Shown here: positions 60,978-64,000 of the stretch, piece after piece
Layout of the letters: each line of letters begins with the position of its first letter
Numbering within the stretch: position 1 is the stretch's first letter
NCBI GenBank assembly: GCA_964408285.1
Contig: CAYOYV010000002.1
Location: 136,194 to 200,193 of the forward strand
DNA from: an uncultured Nitrososphaerota archaeon
GTDB lineage: Archaea > Thermoproteota > EX4484-205 > JAAOZO01
Direction: 5' to 3'
Length of the DNA stretch: 64,000 bases
Translations under genes and position numbers: made by a program
The notes under the pieces: model-generated
Seen by the model: only the letters and a program-made list of their open reading frames with translations
Databases searched by the model: none
Told to the model about the DNA's origin: nothing

Positions 60978-61061
60978 TGTGTGTGGGGCTAAACCTTAAT
61001 CCCCAACACGCACATTTTCTCGATAGCGCGCGCTATCACATGTATCACGTATATCACACAC
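60978..61061 (+). repeat. Left palindromic repeat element
   Basis: TGTGTGGGG-CTAAACCTTAAT-CCCC hairpin, GATAGCGCGCGCTATC palindrome, three TATCAC. Confidence 0.85.
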
Positions 61062-61072
61062 GCGCGTCGTCG

Positions 61073-61495
61073 TTATCCGTATTTGATCCCCAATTCGTCG
61101 AATCGCTTGCGGAACGCCTTCCAATACGGTATGTCCTTCGTGGCCTCGTTAAAGTAAGTTGGATTTACACCTATGTGAACCTCGTAATCTTTGATATATT
61201 TGCCCCAGTGTCTCATGAATTCCTCCCCCATCTCTACCCAGTCCGCCAAGTCGTTGACCTCGTAGACTACGAAGGCATCAAACTTACCCATCATGACACA
61301 ATTATACCAGAAGGCCGACACTCCTTTCTTCTCCCATCGCTTGGCGGTCTCATCGAAACCTTGACGCAATTCCACCCATTTCTCTGGGGGCATTGTGAAG
61401 TTGTCATCAGTCCACTTGCATAGAACCAGAATACCAATCTTCTTCTCCGGAGACATCCTTCCATATACATCCCATTCCTCAGACAACGTTGTCAC
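61073..61495 (-). CDS. Hypothetical protein, possible dimeric alpha+beta barrel (GYD-like)
   Basis: MGKFDAFVVYEVND pattern; TATA box upstream. Confidence 0.6.
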   Translation of the reverse strand: MTTLSEEWDVYGRMSPEKKIGILVLCKWTDDNFTMPPEKWVELRQGFDETAKRWEKKGVSAFWYNCVMMGKFDAFVVYEVNDLADWVEMGEEFMRHWGKYIKDYEVHIGVNPTYFNEATKDIPYWKAFRKRFDELGIKYG

Positions 61496-61696
61496 TTCCT
61501 GTTGCGTTGGTAATCCTGGCGCACTCCTTATTATTTAAAGTCATGCGGCGCGCGAGCCCATCCGTCGTTATCATGCTCTCGAAATAAAGTCGGCTTTGTC
61601 TAAATAATTTTCTCGCTGGCTAGATGATTATTCTTTCTGAAGATCTGATGATCGGGAGACTACGCATCCGCAGCAGATGAAAGAAAGCGTGCACGT

Positions 61697-62698
61697 TTAC
61701 TGAAACGGAGGCTCTTGCATGTCAAGCCAGGCTTCAGCAATGTTCGTTGCATTTCCCCTCATCCCATGGATTTTGTAGAACAGGCAGACTAGCGAACTTG
61801 TCTTCGCCGAAGACCTTACAGACTTCTCAATGTCTCGCTCTTCCTGGTGCTTCGTCTTGATTATTTCCATGAGCTTCTGCCTATCATTCTTGCCGGAATA
61901 TGCTTTTTTCACCAGCTGGTGGCTCTGGTCATAATATTCTTTCAAAGCGAAGGGATCCCCAGCGAGACCGATATCCTTCCTCGCTTGCTCTCCCCTCTCT
62001 TCACTTAATCTGCAGAGTTCTTCAAAGATTTCGCATTGTAAGTCACCCAGTCTTTCTATATTCGCGTTTATCGTGCTGTATTGCTCGAGATCCGTTATGT
62101 CTTCAATCTCCATCTGAGGCGCAATCGAGGGCATCATCAGAAGCCGGTTCAATAATCTCTTCAAGAGGAAGCTGTGTCCGTCGATGGCATCTTCAGAAGC
62201 CTGTATAATCGAACGCGTCTGGTCAGATTCGTCCGTGGATATGGGCAATCTACCGAGAATGACATTGTTGTGTTCATACATGGCTGAATATTGTTCAAAC
62301 ATGATGTCCAGCAACCGCGAAACCGGTACAGGATCTGTCGAAATCGAAACCTGGAATCTGTTTCCAGAGGGAGGACCAACTCTGAGGCCAATCAGCTTCG
62401 TTTGGAGTCTGTGCAGTTCCTCGATGCATTTGGGCCATGGCTTCTCAAACACCACATCAATCTCGTCATAGTGGTTTAGGTATGCCCCGATCATGTCATT
62501 GCGAAGTTCCAGCGGATCCCCGACCTTGACCTGCATTCCTAAATTACTGTGCTCATATATCTCGGAAGGCGTGAGAGTTAGCCCGTATTTTGTCTGAGTA
62601 ACGACGATTTTTCCTTCCTTCACCTTTTCCGCCCATTTCTTTGGGACGACAGTAACATAGCTGAACTTTCCCGCTCTCCAAATCCTCCGGTGCTCCAT
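61697..62698 (-). CDS. Divergent AbrB-PhoU phosphate uptake regulator-like protein
   Basis: RRIWRAGKFSYVTVVPKKWA, GAYLNHYDEI, IERLGD, ATNIAE. Confidence 0.75.
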   Translation of the reverse strand: MEHRRIWRAGKFSYVTVVPKKWAEKVKEGKIVVTQTKYGLTLTPSEIYEHSNLGMQVKVGDPLELRNDMIGAYLNHYDEIDVVFEKPWPKCIEELHRLQTKLIGLRVGPPSGNRFQVSISTDPVPVSRLLDIMFEQYSAMYEHNNVILGRLPISTDESDQTRSIIQASEDAIDGHSFLLKRLLNRLLMMPSIAPQMEIEDITDLEQYSTINANIERLGDLQCEIFEELCRLSEERGEQARKDIGLAGDPFALKEYYDQSHQLVKKAYSGKNDRQKLMEIIKTKHQEERDIEKSVRSSAKTSSLVCLFYKIHGMRGNATNIAEAWLDMQEPPFQ

Positions 62699-62832
62699 AG
62701 CTACTGTCGTCTTGAAATATTGTAGCCTTTGTTTAAATATATTCTTATGAGCCTAGTCATTACTTTTCTGAAGACTTCCTTACTTCGATTAATCCTTGTT
62801 GAGGTTCAGGATTTTCTCTAGAGACGCCTTAT

Positions 62833-63861
62833 ATGGGGGAAACCCCGGCGGTGCAACAAATGAACAAGATGTTATTGGTAACAGTGGCGGTGGCTGTTTG
62901 TGTTGTGGCGGCTGTCGTCATTTACTTTGGCTATGGTCCGAAGCCCCAACCAGCAGGATACTTCGCGGCAACCGGAACGAGCCCAGTCATCGAATCGGGG
63001 GCACGGGGGGCCTCATGGGACAGCAGTAACTGTTGGTGGTCCAGTGTTGTTGTGAAGGGCGGAACGTACTACTTGTTCTATTCCGGTAGCTCATCAGAGG
63101 AGCTCATTACCTCGTGGATCGCTCTTAACATGTCGATCGGCTACGCGACCTCCACTGATGGGTATACCTTCACAAAGTCCAACTCCAACCCCATTCTCAC
63201 AGGCGCTTGGGCGCCTGCGGTCCTGTGGGACGGAAGCAAGTGGATACTTTATTACAGCGCCTCCGTAGGAGGAGATATTGTGGGGCCTGTCAGACGGGCT
63301 ACTGCCCCGGACCCCTCAGGCCCTTGGACAAGGGATGAGAAACCTGTTCTTGAACTCGGAGGCGAAGGCGAATGGGATTCATTCGCTACCCTGCCAGACT
63401 GTGTCATGCTCGTAGATGGCACATACGTGATGTACTACACAGCTGTTGATTCTGGGGGGACGGGCATAGCAATCGGAAGGGCGACTTCGCCGGATGGAAT
63501 TACGTGGACAAAGTACAATAACGCTACAACAGGCCGGCCCTACGCTGAGAGCGACCCAGTGCTAAAGCCCGGCAAGGTTTATGATGCATATGAAATCTGG
63601 AAATCCTGTGTGAGGAAGACCGCGACAGGCTGGGAGATGTTCTATACTGGAGATCCCTCAGCAGACGTCCCTTGTGCGATATGCTATGCAACCAGCTCCG
63701 ACGGCATCTACTGGACAAAGTTCGAAGGCAACCCGATAATCGCGCGACAGTCGTTTCAGCCGACCTTCTTCGTGAAGGACTCGACCTACTTCCTGTATTA
63801 CGATGAGGGCCCGCGGGGAATCTATCTGGCAACAGGCCTGAAACCACCCTTCGCGCCTTAG
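62833..63861 (+). CDS. Membrane-anchored beta-propeller glycosidase-like protein (GH43/32/130-like)
   Basis: N-terminal TM; repeated YYLFYSG / IGYATSxDG..WTK..NPI. Confidence 0.78.
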   Translation: MGETPAVQQMNKMLLVTVAVAVCVVAAVVIYFGYGPKPQPAGYFAATGTSPVIESGARGASWDSSNCWWSSVVVKGGTYYLFYSGSSSEELITSWIALNMSIGYATSTDGYTFTKSNSNPILTGAWAPAVLWDGSKWILYYSASVGGDIVGPVRRATAPDPSGPWTRDEKPVLELGGEGEWDSFATLPDCVMLVDGTYVMYYTAVDSGGTGIAIGRATSPDGITWTKYNNATTGRPYAESDPVLKPGKVYDAYEIWKSCVRKTATGWEMFYTGDPSADVPCAICYATSSDGIYWTKFEGNPIIARQSFQPTFFVKDSTYFLYYDEGPRGIYLATGLKPPFAP

Positions 63862-63879
63862 CTTCTGTTCAACGTGCTT

Positions 63880-63994
63880 TGTGTGTGATATACGTGATAC
63901 ATGTGATAGCGCGCGCGCTATCGAGAAAATGTGTGTGTGTGGGGAGCTAAACTTTAACCCCCACACAAACTGACTGAACTACGAAACTCTACGA
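63880..63994 (-). repeat. Right palindromic repeat element (inverted relative to 61001-61061)
   Basis: Reverse complement matches left element; GATAGCGCGCGCGCTATC palindrome; TGTGTGGGG/CCCCACACA hairpin. Confidence 0.85.
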
Positions 63995-64000
63995 GGGCGC

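Noticed and set aside
53100-64000. Integron cassette array
   Set aside because: No intI, no RYYYAAC...GTTRRRY attC sites recognised; genes face both ways and have their own TATA boxes
1-64000. CRISPR array, tRNA or rRNA genes
   Set aside because: No regularly spaced repeats and no tRNA or rRNA signature seen by eye; a covariance search was not possible

Overview
Archaeal chromosomal segment, most like a TACK lineage such as Bathyarchaeia (archaeal psmB, rtcA, taw1, nadM, slyD, thiolase/HMG-CoA synthase; TATA-type promoters; C-terminal Zn-ribbon and poly-Pro membrane proteins). The lineage call is inference. About 1-50 kb holds housekeeping and sugar/transport genes. From about 50.7 kb to the end is a variable region of short, mixed-orientation accessory genes. 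Main finding: four same-strand, differently decayed copies of what reads as the 3' end of the elongation factor EF-1alpha (tuf) gene (50747, 54281, 58220, 59731; best copy AIRDMGMTIAADVIREITQKG*). Two are followed by a shared ~39-nt motif and two are preceded by the same aspartyl-protease gene. This suggests repeated site-specific integration at the tuf 3' end. The same region has a family of palindromic (CG)n/(TG)n repeats, including ~60-bp inverted repeats around a 2.8-kb cargo. No integrase, transposase, CRISPR array, tRNA or rRNA gene was recognised. All calls are by eye; no database search was run.
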